64,000 bases of DNA, taken from NCBI GenBank assembly GCA_001775395.1, contig MEWP01000130.1, positions 74,921-138,920 on the forward strand, written 5' to 3'. The notes under the pieces are model-generated. The model made no database searches, was not told where the DNA came from, and saw only the letters and a list, made by a program, of their open reading frames with translations. Below, one piece after another: positions 29,227-37,543 of the stretch. Each line of letters begins with the position of its first letter. The stretch's first letter is position 1. A program made the position numbers and the translations under genes. This stretch comes from a candidate division Zixibacteria bacterium RBG_16_53_22 (GTDB lineage: Bacteria > Zixibacteria > MSB-5A5 > UBA10806).

Positions 29227-29992
29227 ATCATACAAGACGGGTGGCGTCAGATCCTCAGACCTGAAACATAATGTGCATTTTCTCTTTTATGCCTTGTTAA
29301 TGCTGCCGATACTCTCACATTTGGCATCCGCCGACGAATACCGCAGCAAGATCAATGATGGATTCGACCTATATAAGAACGGTGAGTACGACAAAGCCGC
29401 GCAGAGCTTCAAAGATGCCGGCATCCTGAAACCTGATCACGCGCTCCCGAATTACGATCAGGGGGCGGCTCTGTATAAGTCGAACGATTTCCAGGGCGCC
29501 GCCGACGCATTCGCGACAAGCGTCTCAAAAAACGATCCCAGGCTCAAGGCCGATTCGTATTACAATGCCGGCAACGCTTATGTGAAAGCCCAGCAATATG
29601 ACAAGGCTGTTCAGTCCTATATTAGCGCCCTGAAGATCGATCCCAAAGACGAGGACTACAAGCACAATCTCGAGATGGCCCTCCTGAAAAAGCAGATGCA
29701 ACAGCAGCAACAGCAACAGAACCAGGAACAGAACAAAGACCAGAAGAAGCAACAGCAACAGAAACAGGACCAACAGAAGGAGCAAGAGGAAAAACAGAAC
29801 GAACAGCAACAACAGGCCCAGAATAGAGATGAGAAGAAAGAGCAGCAACAACAGCAAGGCCAGCAGCAAAAGCAGCAAATGAACAAGGAACAAGCCGAAC
29901 AGCTTCTGGCCAGATATGAGGATGATGAGAAGGATACCCAGAAACGGCTTAAGCAAGTGATGATGAAAGGGCGGTCGATCAATGACTGGTAG
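29210..29992 (+). CDS. batC: BatC (TPR-repeat protein with C-terminal Q/E/K-rich low-complexity tract)
   Basis: TPR 'YYNAGNAYVKAQQYDKAVQSYISALKIDP'; poly-Q/E/K tail; operon position. Confidence 0.85.
   Translation: MNMTVKSYKTGGVRSSDLKHNVHFLFYALLMLPILSHLASADEYRSKINDGFDLYKNGEYDKAAQSFKDAGILKPDHALPNYDQGAALYKSNDFQGAADAFATSVSKNDPRLKADSYYNAGNAYVKAQQYDKAVQSYISALKIDPKDEDYKHNLEMALLKKQMQQQQQQQNQEQNKDQKKQQQQKQDQQKEQEEKQNEQQQQAQNRDEKKEQQQQQGQQQKQQMNKEQAEQLLARYEDDEKDTQKRLKQVMMKGRSINDW
29690..29880 (+). repeat. Low-complexity CAG/CAA/GAA/AAG-rich tract encoding the Q/E/K-rich tail of BatC; generates spurious antisense ORFs
   Basis: 'QMQQQQQQQNQEQNKDQKKQQQQKQDQQKEQEEKQNEQQQQAQN...QQQQQGQQQKQQ' directly visible. 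Confidence 0.9.
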
Positions 29993-31790
29993 AAATGCCG
30001 CTCTTTTTTCGCTTTTGTCGATCTTCTATCTGGCCTCGGCGGCCAGGGCACTCGAGATAAGCGCCTCGGTGGATAAACAAGAGGTCGGCGTGGGAGATCC
30101 GATTACGCTGAAGCTTGTTATCTCCGGCAAAGGCGGGACACTCCCCGAACCAACTATGCCCGACCTTTCGGCCTTCGACATTTATTCATCCGGGCGAAGC
30201 CAGAATATCTCGATAGTCAACGGAGCATTCAGCTCATCGCTAAATATGTCATACGTGCTCGTTCCCAAGAAAGTGGGAGATCAACTCATCGGGCCTATTG
30301 TGGTCCGAGACGGCGCCAATATGGCCGCCACAGAACCGATTAAGATAAAGGTCAATCAGCCCGTTGCGAGCCCGTCAGGACAGGGTCAGGGCCCGACGCC
30401 CCAACCACAGACTAAGCAGCCGGGGGGACGGCCTCAGCCACCCGATAAGGGCAGCGACTTCTTCATCGACCAGGTGGTTGATAAGACCTCCCCTTATGTC
30501 GGTGAACAGGTGACATTGACATTCCGATTCTACCAGGCTGTGAATTTATGGGATCAGCCGGCGCTCGAATGGCCCAAGTACAACGGTGTCACCGTCGAGG
30601 ACCTCACGGCCAATCATAGATACTACGAGGTTGTCCGCGGACGACGGTACCTTGTGACTGAAATCAAGAGAGCCCTCTTCCCCATCTCGTCGGGGAAAAT
30701 TCCGATTGATTCGCCGCGCTTGACAATCAAGCCCGATGATTTCGGTGTATCGTTCGATCCATTCGGCTTTTTTGATAAGGACCTTCGCGAGCTTTTCAAG
30801 CGGGGTCAGCCGAAAGTTCTGACTGCCAATGTCATCACATTGAATGTCAGGTCTCTTCCAGAATCCGGTAAGCCGGACAATTTCTCCGGCGCCGTTGGCA
30901 GGTATTCTATTAGCGCCGCGGCCGACAAAGATTCAGTCGGCGTGGATGAGCCGATCACTCTGAAACTCATCTTATCAGGCACCGGTAATATCCGCTCCGT
31001 TCCACCTGTGAAACTTCCCGACCTGCCCGATTTTCGCATTTACGATTCGGGAAATACCGAATCGGTCTCGAATACCAACCTGGTAATCTCCGGCACCAAG
31101 ACTTTCGAGCTAGCCATTATTCCAAGGACTTCGGGGGCCTACACGATACCGGCCATAACGTTCAGTTATTTTGACCCATCGAAGGGCAAGTACCAGACGA
31201 TCGCCACTAACCCTATCCGGATTACTGCCACCGGCGAGGGCCTGGCCGATGTCGGTGGCGCACCCAAGAATATTATCGGGAGCGCGGTTCAGGCCCTGGG
31301 ATATATTGTCACTGATTATCCTAAGAACTCCAGGCCGGTTGATTTATCGCGCAGTTTCTTCTTTTGGTTTTTCCAATTTATTCCGGCCGCGGCCATTATT
31401 GCGGCCATGGTTTACCGCACCAGAACTGCCAGACTCCTGAATGATCGAAGATATGCCCGCAGAGTGGGGGCCAGTCGCCGTTCGAAAGTTCTTTTCGAGA
31501 AGGCCGCCCAGTTGAAATCGCGCGGAGAAACGGAGAGCTTTTACGGGGCGCTGTACGATGCCATCCTGGGGTATGTCGCCGATAGGCTCGATCTGGAAAA
31601 ATCGGGTTTGACCATAGAACAGATCCGCTCAAACGACACGATCCCGGAAAATATCAAGGGCGACCTGGCCGAGTTCCTCGAAAGCTGCCAGAATGCGCGT
31701 TTTGCCCCGGGCGGCGCCGCGGCCAATCACGTCGACAAAATGATGGCCGGCGCCGGCGAGCTAATCGCTCGTTTGGAGACTGAAATATGA
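29982..31790 (+). CDS. batD: BatD (oxygen-tolerance protein; signal peptide, extracytoplasmic domains, TM, cytoplasmic tail)
   Basis: 602 aa; 'ISASVDKQEVGVGDPITLKLVISGKG...PDLSAFDIYSSGRSQNIS' BatD N-domain pattern repeated; TM 'FFFWFFQFIPAAAIIAAMVY'. Confidence 0.85.
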   Translation: MTGRNAALFSLLSIFYLASAARALEISASVDKQEVGVGDPITLKLVISGKGGTLPEPTMPDLSAFDIYSSGRSQNISIVNGAFSSSLNMSYVLVPKKVGDQLIGPIVVRDGANMAATEPIKIKVNQPVASPSGQGQGPTPQPQTKQPGGRPQPPDKGSDFFIDQVVDKTSPYVGEQVTLTFRFYQAVNLWDQPALEWPKYNGVTVEDLTANHRYYEVVRGRRYLVTEIKRALFPISSGKIPIDSPRLTIKPDDFGVSFDPFGFFDKDLRELFKRGQPKVLTANVITLNVRSLPESGKPDNFSGAVGRYSISAAADKDSVGVDEPITLKLILSGTGNIRSVPPVKLPDLPDFRIYDSGNTESVSNTNLVISGTKTFELAIIPRTSGAYTIPAITFSYFDPSKGKYQTIATNPIRITATGEGLADVGGAPKNIIGSAVQALGYIVTDYPKNSRPVDLSRSFFFWFFQFIPAAAIIAAMVYRTRTARLLNDRRYARRVGASRRSKVLFEKAAQLKSRGETESFYGALYDAILGYVADRLDLEKSGLTIEQIRSNDTIPENIKGDLAEFLESCQNARFAPGGAAANHVDKMMAGAGELIARLETEI

Positions 31791-32539
31791 AATCCGTGTT
31801 CGGATATTTCTTCCTGGTGCTGCTCATGGTTTCGACAGTGTCCGCGGCCACTAACGAGGAGCTCTGGAAGCAAGCCGCCGAATATTACGATGGCGGGCAG
31901 TACCAATCGGCAATCGAAAATTATCGAGTCCTTATTGAACGGCAATTTGAGAATGCTCAGGTTTATTACAACCTGGGCAATGCCTATTTCAAGGCCGGAG
32001 AACTGGGTCACGCCATCTGGAGTTTCCGCAAGGCCCTGAGGCTCGACCCCGGTTTCAAGCAAGCTAAGACCAGTCTCGAATATGCCCGCTCGTTTAACAC
32101 CGACCAGGTTTCGATAGAAAGGCGCGGCTTTATTCTCGATATTTGGGATTTTCTGAGCGGCCTGTTGTCGTCGAACGGATACCTGATTGTTTTATCAATA
32201 GCCTGGTGGCTGGCGGCGGCACTGCTCATTTATAAGATGATTCGCCTCGAAAGCCCATCATGGCTCTATTATCTGTTGATAGTTCCCCTGGTAATCATTA
32301 TCTTTGCCTCGGCGTCGGCGGCCAGGCGAATCAGCGAGGACAGATTGACGCGCTGGGGGGTGATCTCGCGGGAGTCCGCGGATATTCGTGAAGGTCCCGG
32401 CGTCGAATTCAATCGCCTCGAGGTCGGGCACGAGGGGCTCGAGTTCAAGATCCTCAACGATAGGGAAAACAGCTTTCTGATTGAGCTGAGGAACGGCCTG
32501 GTGGGCTGGGTCGGCAAAGAAGCTGTGCTGGAAATTTGA
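31787..32539 (+). CDS. batE: BatE-like (TPR + TM helices + C-terminal SH3-like domain)
   Basis: TPR 'YYNLGNAYFKAGELGHAIWSFRKALRLDPGF'; two TM; C-terminal 'LIELRNGLVGWVGKEAVLEI' SH3b-like; 4-nt overlap with batD. Confidence 0.75.
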   Translation: MKSVFGYFFLVLLMVSTVSAATNEELWKQAAEYYDGGQYQSAIENYRVLIERQFENAQVYYNLGNAYFKAGELGHAIWSFRKALRLDPGFKQAKTSLEYARSFNTDQVSIERRGFILDIWDFLSGLLSSNGYLIVLSIAWWLAAALLIYKMIRLESPSWLYYLLIVPLVIIIFASASAARRISEDRLTRWGVISRESADIREGPGVEFNRLEVGHEGLEFKILNDRENSFLIELRNGLVGWVGKEAVLEI

Positions 32540-33585
32540 GACTGCTCAAATCAAAGAGATTCTGGGGCATGCTGCTGACAGTGGCCCTCCTGGTCTACTG
32601 CTTTTACGATTTCAATTTTCACCAGGTGCTGGCCGCCATCTCCCAGATAAACTACTGGTATATTATTCCGCTTATATTCCTCGAGGCCATAATCGCATAT
32701 ATCCGGTCGCTGCGTTTGAAATTTCTCATTGACCCCGTGAAAAAAATTAAGGCCAACGACCTCTACCCCATCTACTGCATCGGCATGATGACCAACCTGC
32801 TGATGCCATATTTGACCGGCCAGCTGGCGCGTATTTACCTTCTCAGTAAGAAGGGGCAGCTTAAGAAAACATTTCTCTTCACAACCACCGTCCTGGAAGT
32901 TCTTTTCGACGGTATGGCGCTTCTGGGGATCACCTTTGTTATGTCGATGTTTTTCGTGCTGCCCGACGAGTTTCGGGCCTGGCATTTTTTTGTCATGGGG
33001 GGCGTTGTCATCGCCGCCTCGTTGGCGCTGATATTCCTCTCGCGCATGAGAAATTTGGGCGCTCGGATTTTCCAGGGGCTGAGTCGCGCCATGCCCTCCG
33101 CGGTGGGGCGAAAAATCAATGATGTGACGCATTCGTTCTTCTCGGCCCTCGAGGCGCTCAAGAGCACCAAGCATTTCTTCCTGGTTTCCACCTTGTCGGT
33201 GATGTCGTGGGTGGCCCAGGCCGGCTTGGTCTATCTCCTGGTCGTGGCCTTCGGATTCAATATCACGCTTTGGGGCGCGGTCATTATCACCGTAATCGTG
33301 ACCATAATGATGATTGTCGTGTTGGCTCCGGCCAATATCGGCACATTTCAGGCCGCCACCATGGCCGCTTTGAAGCCCTTTGACGTAGTCAAGGCGCCGG
33401 CGCTGGCCTTCTCTTTCTTGCTTCATATCGCCGTATATCTCCCGCCGATAATCCTGGGCGCTTTTTTCTCATTTAAGGAAGGACTGACCCTGAAACAACT
33501 CCGGGTCGAGGGGGAAAAGGCTGCCGAGGGAATCGGTTCCATCGAAACAATCGGCCAGACAGATGGAGCGGCGGAATCAAACTGA
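32536..33585 (+). CDS. UPF0104/LPG-synthase-TM family (flippase-like) integral membrane protein, translationally coupled to batE
   Basis: 349 aa, 8 TM; N-terminus 'RFWGMLLTVALLVYCFYDFNFHQVLAAISQINYWYIIPLIFLEAIIAYIRSLRLKFL' typical of flippase-like domain family. Confidence 0.7.
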   Translation: MRLLKSKRFWGMLLTVALLVYCFYDFNFHQVLAAISQINYWYIIPLIFLEAIIAYIRSLRLKFLIDPVKKIKANDLYPIYCIGMMTNLLMPYLTGQLARIYLLSKKGQLKKTFLFTTTVLEVLFDGMALLGITFVMSMFFVLPDEFRAWHFFVMGGVVIAASLALIFLSRMRNLGARIFQGLSRAMPSAVGRKINDVTHSFFSALEALKSTKHFFLVSTLSVMSWVAQAGLVYLLVVAFGFNITLWGAVIITVIVTIMMIVVLAPANIGTFQAATMAALKPFDVVKAPALAFSFLLHIAVYLPPIILGAFFSFKEGLTLKQLRVEGEKAAEGIGSIETIGQTDGAAESN

Positions 33586-33707
33586 GAACCTGAACGATTA
33601 TCGTATATCGGCGGCGTTAGGAGTCGTTTCGGGCGCATTGATGGCGTTATTTAATGTATCGGGGTTCCAGACCTGACTCCTGGCGAAAATAAAAATGAGG
33701 AATTGCC

Positions 33708-34427
33708 GTGACGAATTTCACAAGGCCAACCATAATAAGACGAGCCAGAGTCATCGATAAAATACTGGCCGTGAAATATGGCCCCAAATCGCTTGTGAGG
33801 AGGTCCGAGCCGACCTCCGAGCTTATCTGCACTATCCTTTCGCAGAATACCAACGACATTAACCGTGACAAGGCATTCGCCGGGCTTCGGCGCAGATTCC
33901 CCAGCTGGCGGGATGTCGCCGGCGCCAGGCCGAACGAAATAGCGAAAGCGATCAAAGTAGGTGGGCTTTCGAAGATCAAATCCGCTCGAATCAAGAATAT
34001 CCTCAGTCAAATTGCCGAAAAGTCATCCGATCTGACTCTTTCGTTTTTGGAAAGCATGCCGGACAATGAAATCTGGGACTACCTGATTTCATTCAAGGGA
34101 GTCGGCCCGAAAACGGCCTCATGCGTCCTGCTGTTTTCACTGGGCCGGCATGCCATGCCTGTCGATACCCATGTCCATCGTGTCGGCCGGCGCCTGGGTC
34201 TGATTCCTGAAAAGTTGAATCCCGAAAAGGCGCACCACTGGTTTCTGCAGTTAAACCTGCCCCTGAATATCTACCAACTTCACATAAATATGATATGGCA
34301 CGGCCGACAGCTTTGCAGACCGCGCAATCCCAAGTGCCCGCCATGCCCGCTAAAAAAAATGTGCCTTTACTATAGGCAGAATCCTCCCCAGGAAAAGGGG
34401 CGGGAAATCAAACGGTTAGTAATTTAA
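33708..34427 (+). CDS. nth: Endonuclease III-like HhH-GPD DNA glycosylase with [4Fe-4S] cluster loop
   Basis: 'LICTILSQNTNDINRDKAF', HhH 'FKGVGPKTASCVLLFSLGRHAMPVDTHVHRVGRRLGL', Cys cluster 'CRPRNPKCPPCPLKKMC'. Confidence 0.85.
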   Translation: MTNFTRPTIIRRARVIDKILAVKYGPKSLVRRSEPTSELICTILSQNTNDINRDKAFAGLRRRFPSWRDVAGARPNEIAKAIKVGGLSKIKSARIKNILSQIAEKSSDLTLSFLESMPDNEIWDYLISFKGVGPKTASCVLLFSLGRHAMPVDTHVHRVGRRLGLIPEKLNPEKAHHWFLQLNLPLNIYQLHINMIWHGRQLCRPRNPKCPPCPLKKMCLYYRQNPPQEKGREIKRLVI

Positions 34428-34524
34428 CGATATGCAATGGCGCAATTTTAGCCCCCAAGTAATGGTTGACACAGACTGGCCCGATGTTTATTATTCCTCG
34501 CGAGAAAATTAGGCGAAGGTTGTA

Positions 34525-35004
34525 ATGGATAATGTCAATGTGCTCAGAACCGGATTTTACGCGCTCGATTTTGCGCTCCCCGATACCAACGGCGATATTT
34601 ATAAATTGAGCGATCACCTCAAAAGCAATTTCGTCGCCGCCTGCTTTTTCCCGAATGGCGAAAATGAGAAGGTGAACGCCTTCTTGAAAGACTTGAACCA
34701 GGGCCTGCCTAACACGGCCTCGGGATTGCCTGTAAACGTAGTCGGCATATGCCCCAAGCGGGTCGACAACCTCAAGGCGTTCAAGGTTAAGCTGAAATTG
34801 AGCTTTCCGGTCCTCTCCGACCATCAACTCCTGGTTGCGACCAGATACCATGTGGTCGATAGCTATGGCATCAGGCCGGCGGTATACTTTTCGATTTTCG
34901 TCATCGATGATTACTGCCTGATCAGATTCAGGGCGAGCGAGGTACCGGGTCTTTCGAAATATCTGCCCGAGGAATTCCGGGCGGAAGTGGCCAAAATTGT
35001 GTAA
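34525..35004 (+). CDS. Thioredoxin-fold AhpC/TSA (peroxiredoxin)-like protein lacking the peroxidatic cysteine
   Basis: 'GFYALDFALPDTNGDIYKLSDHLKSNFVAACFFPNG...' aligns to Prx 'PDFTL..G..V.LSD..GK.VVL.FYP' but the FTPxCT motif is replaced by 'NGENEKVN'; chosen over overlapping antisense ORF 34408-35013 which has no recognisable features. Confidence 0.5.
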   Translation: MDNVNVLRTGFYALDFALPDTNGDIYKLSDHLKSNFVAACFFPNGENEKVNAFLKDLNQGLPNTASGLPVNVVGICPKRVDNLKAFKVKLKLSFPVLSDHQLLVATRYHVVDSYGIRPAVYFSIFVIDDYCLIRFRASEVPGLSKYLPEEFRAEVAKIV

Positions 35005-35071
35005 TTTTTGCAAAACAATTGGCTAAATACCCCGTAATCGTTTCTGTATAAGGGCCCCTGGCCCATATTTT

Positions 35072-36442
35072 GTGACTGAAATGAGGAGTATGATAAAAAT
35101 CATAAATATGCGGAAAATTATAATAGGACTGACACTAAGCATCGTTTTCGGGGGCGCCCCCGACATCTTGGCCAAGGATACGCTGGTCATCGACCTAACC
35201 AAGGCCTTCGACCTGGCCCTGGAAAGAAACGAGTCGATACTCATTGCCAAGAAGGAGATGGACAGGGCCAATGCCGGAATCATGGAGGCGGTAGCGGGAG
35301 CCCTCCCCCAAGTCACCGGCGGCATAACTTACTTAAGGAATTGGGAGATACCCACCGGAGTCTTCCAAATGGACAATGAGGAGGTTCGCTTCAAATTCGG
35401 TACCGAGAACAATTTCACGGCCGGAATAACCTTGAATCAGCCTCTATACTCAGGCGGCAGAACACTGACGGCCCTGCAGATTGCCTCGTTGGCTAAGAAA
35501 CTCGTCAGGCATTCGATCAGGCAGGCTACCCAGGATTTAAAATTCCAGGTTTACAGTACTTTCTATGGCACCCTCCTGGCTCAAGACGTATTGGAGGTTA
35601 ATCTCGAATCATTGCAACTGGCCGAGGATAACCTCGACCAGGTCCAGAAAATGTACGACCAAGGCGTATCCGCCGAATTCGACCTTCTGCGCGCCAGGGT
35701 GGCGGTGGCCAACCTTCAACCGGCCGTGATCAAGGCCAGGAACGACGCTAAGGTTGCAATGGATGCGTTTAAGAATATGCTCGGGATCGAGTTGGGCATG
35801 CCGGTCGATCTGGTGGCCGATCTCGACTCATCTAATTTCATACTCCCACCGGTCGATCACGAGACGGCTGAGCAAGAGCTGATGAAAAACAGGCCCGAGT
35901 TGAATATGAGCGAAATGAATACCTCCATAAACAAGAAGCTCATTACGATGGCGAGCGCCGGCTATAAGCCGATTCTGAATTTCTCGACATCTCTTCAGTA
36001 TCAAAGGCAATTCGATCGCGGCGGAGTCTTCGACCGCAGTTGGGATCGCAGCCTCAACAGCGTGGTTTCGCTTCAAATCCCGATTTTCGATTCCTGGAGA
36101 ACTCCCAGCCAGGTAAAACAGGCCAGGGTCGAATATGCTCAAAGCATGCTCCAGGATCAGGCCGTGCGCAAGGCCTTGATACTCGATTTCGAGCAGAGCC
36201 TGGGGCGCTATCTCGAATCCAGGAATCGCCTGGCCGCGCAGGGAGATGCGGTGGAATTGGCGCGACGAGGCCTATCGATTGCCAACGTTAGATTCGAAAA
36301 CGGCGTAGGCACCCAGCTCGAGGTGGCCGACGCCCGCTTATCGTTATCGGTAGCAGAGATAAACAGGGCATCTGCCTACCATGACCTGGCCATAAGTTAT
36401 GCGGCCCTCCTGAGATCATTGGGCAGAGATATAAATCCGTGA
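35072..36442 (+). CDS. TolC-like outer membrane efflux protein (OMF)
   Basis: 456 aa; signal peptide; two-repeat OMF pattern ('LDLTKAFDLALERNESILIAKKEMDRA', 'LQPAVIKARNDAKVAMDAFKNMLG', 'GTQLEVADARLSLSVAEINRASAYHDL'). Confidence 0.85.
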   Translation: MTEMRSMIKIINMRKIIIGLTLSIVFGGAPDILAKDTLVIDLTKAFDLALERNESILIAKKEMDRANAGIMEAVAGALPQVTGGITYLRNWEIPTGVFQMDNEEVRFKFGTENNFTAGITLNQPLYSGGRTLTALQIASLAKKLVRHSIRQATQDLKFQVYSTFYGTLLAQDVLEVNLESLQLAEDNLDQVQKMYDQGVSAEFDLLRARVAVANLQPAVIKARNDAKVAMDAFKNMLGIELGMPVDLVADLDSSNFILPPVDHETAEQELMKNRPELNMSEMNTSINKKLITMASAGYKPILNFSTSLQYQRQFDRGGVFDRSWDRSLNSVVSLQIPIFDSWRTPSQVKQARVEYAQSMLQDQAVRKALILDFEQSLGRYLESRNRLAAQGDAVELARRGLSIANVRFENGVGTQLEVADARLSLSVAEINRASAYHDLAISYAALLRSLGRDINP

Positions 36443-36445
36443 TGC

Positions 36446-37540
36446 ATGAGAACGAGGAATGACATGAAAAGACTGAATAATATCATAATATTGAATCTGC
36501 TGGCGATGGCGATATTATCTTGCGGCGGTAAAAAGCGGGAGGTCGCGGTCGAAGAAAAGGCGGTGCCCGTTACTGTGGCGCCGGCCGCCTTCTCGGATAT
36601 CACCGTCAGCAAAACCTATACCGGCAGCCTCGAGGGCTGGAAACAGGCCAGAATCTACGCCTCGATACCCGAAGCCGTGGTGGAATTACCGTTCGCGGAG
36701 GGCAGCGAGGTGCAAGCAGGGCAGGCAGTCATTGTGCTGGATCGGGAAGGGCCGGCCTCGCAACTCAGGCAGGCTACGGCTGTCTATCAGGATGCCAAGG
36801 ATAATTTCGACAAGATGTCGCGCCTCTACGAGCAGGGCGCCATCTCCGAACAGACTTTTAATAACATGAAAACCAATCTCGATGTCGCCAGGGCCAATTA
36901 CGAGGCCGCCCGCCAGCAGGTCGAATTGACCAGTCCCATCTCCGGCATCCTGACCGATCTGGCCGTAAATATCGGTCAATATGTGCCGCTCGGCGTGCCG
37001 TTGGCAACCATTGCCGAGACCGGCAAGATGCGCATGACCGTTTATGTCGATGGCCGTAGCGCCCCTTTCCTCAAGGCCGGCCAGAAAGCGCAAATCTCCA
37101 TCTCCTCGGTCGGCGGCGTCGATACCTCCATCGAAGGCTCTGTTCGGGAGGTGGCCCGCTCGGCCGATCCCGAGACAAGGCTGTTTCGAACCGAGCTTCA
37201 TATTGATAATAGACAAGGCAGGTTGAGCCCCGGTATGTTCGCGCGCGCCGTCATCGTGGTCGAGAAGCTGACAAACGTGCTTACGGTGCCCCGAGAGGCG
37301 GTATTCTTCACCGAGGGCATTCCCAAAGTCTTCGTTATTGATGAGAAAAATCGGGCCAGAGAACTGGGCCTCGAGGTCGGCCAGAGTACGCTCGAGCGAT
37401 ATCAGGTCATCTCGGGTCTTAATGAAGGCCAAAATGTCATCGTCCTTGGCCGCAATCAGGTCGAGAATGGAAGCCTCGTGAAAGTGATGGAGGATTTAAA
37501 CGCCGTCACCGACGCACCAGAGGAAACCAGGGAAAGTTAG
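36446..37540 (+). CDS. RND efflux periplasmic adaptor (membrane fusion protein, HlyD/AcrA family)
   Basis: Lipoprotein-like N-terminus 'LAMAILSCGG'; coiled-coil/lipoyl/beta-barrel MFP pattern ('YTGSLEGWKQARIYASIPEAVVELPFAEGSEVQAGQAVIVLD', 'SPISGILTDLAVNIGQYV'). Confidence 0.9.
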   Translation: MRTRNDMKRLNNIIILNLLAMAILSCGGKKREVAVEEKAVPVTVAPAAFSDITVSKTYTGSLEGWKQARIYASIPEAVVELPFAEGSEVQAGQAVIVLDREGPASQLRQATAVYQDAKDNFDKMSRLYEQGAISEQTFNNMKTNLDVARANYEAARQQVELTSPISGILTDLAVNIGQYVPLGVPLATIAETGKMRMTVYVDGRSAPFLKAGQKAQISISSVGGVDTSIEGSVREVARSADPETRLFRTELHIDNRQGRLSPGMFARAVIVVEKLTNVLTVPREAVFFTEGIPKVFVIDEKNRARELGLEVGQSTLERYQVISGLNEGQNVIVLGRNQVENGSLVKVMEDLNAVTDAPEETRES

Positions 37541-37543
37541 AAT

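Noticed and set aside
29525-30051. Leu-rich and Cys-rich minus-strand ORFs (143 aa, 131 aa)
   Set aside because: Complement or alternate frame of the CAG/CAA/GAA low-complexity tract encoding the BatC Q/E/K tail; translation artefacts.
32551-33426. 291-aa His/Gly/Arg-rich minus-strand ORF
   Set aside because: Antisense to the flippase-like membrane protein gene (32536-33585); composition reflects complement of hydrophobic codons, not a real protein.
34408-35013. 201-aa minus-strand ORF overlapping the plus-strand redoxin-like ORF
   Set aside because: No recognisable motifs, whereas the plus-strand ORF aligns to the AhpC/TSA thioredoxin fold and fits the operon orientation; kept plus-strand call (moderate confidence).
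36686-37432. 248-aa minus-strand ORF
   Set aside because: Antisense to RND adaptor (MFP) gene whose identity is clear.
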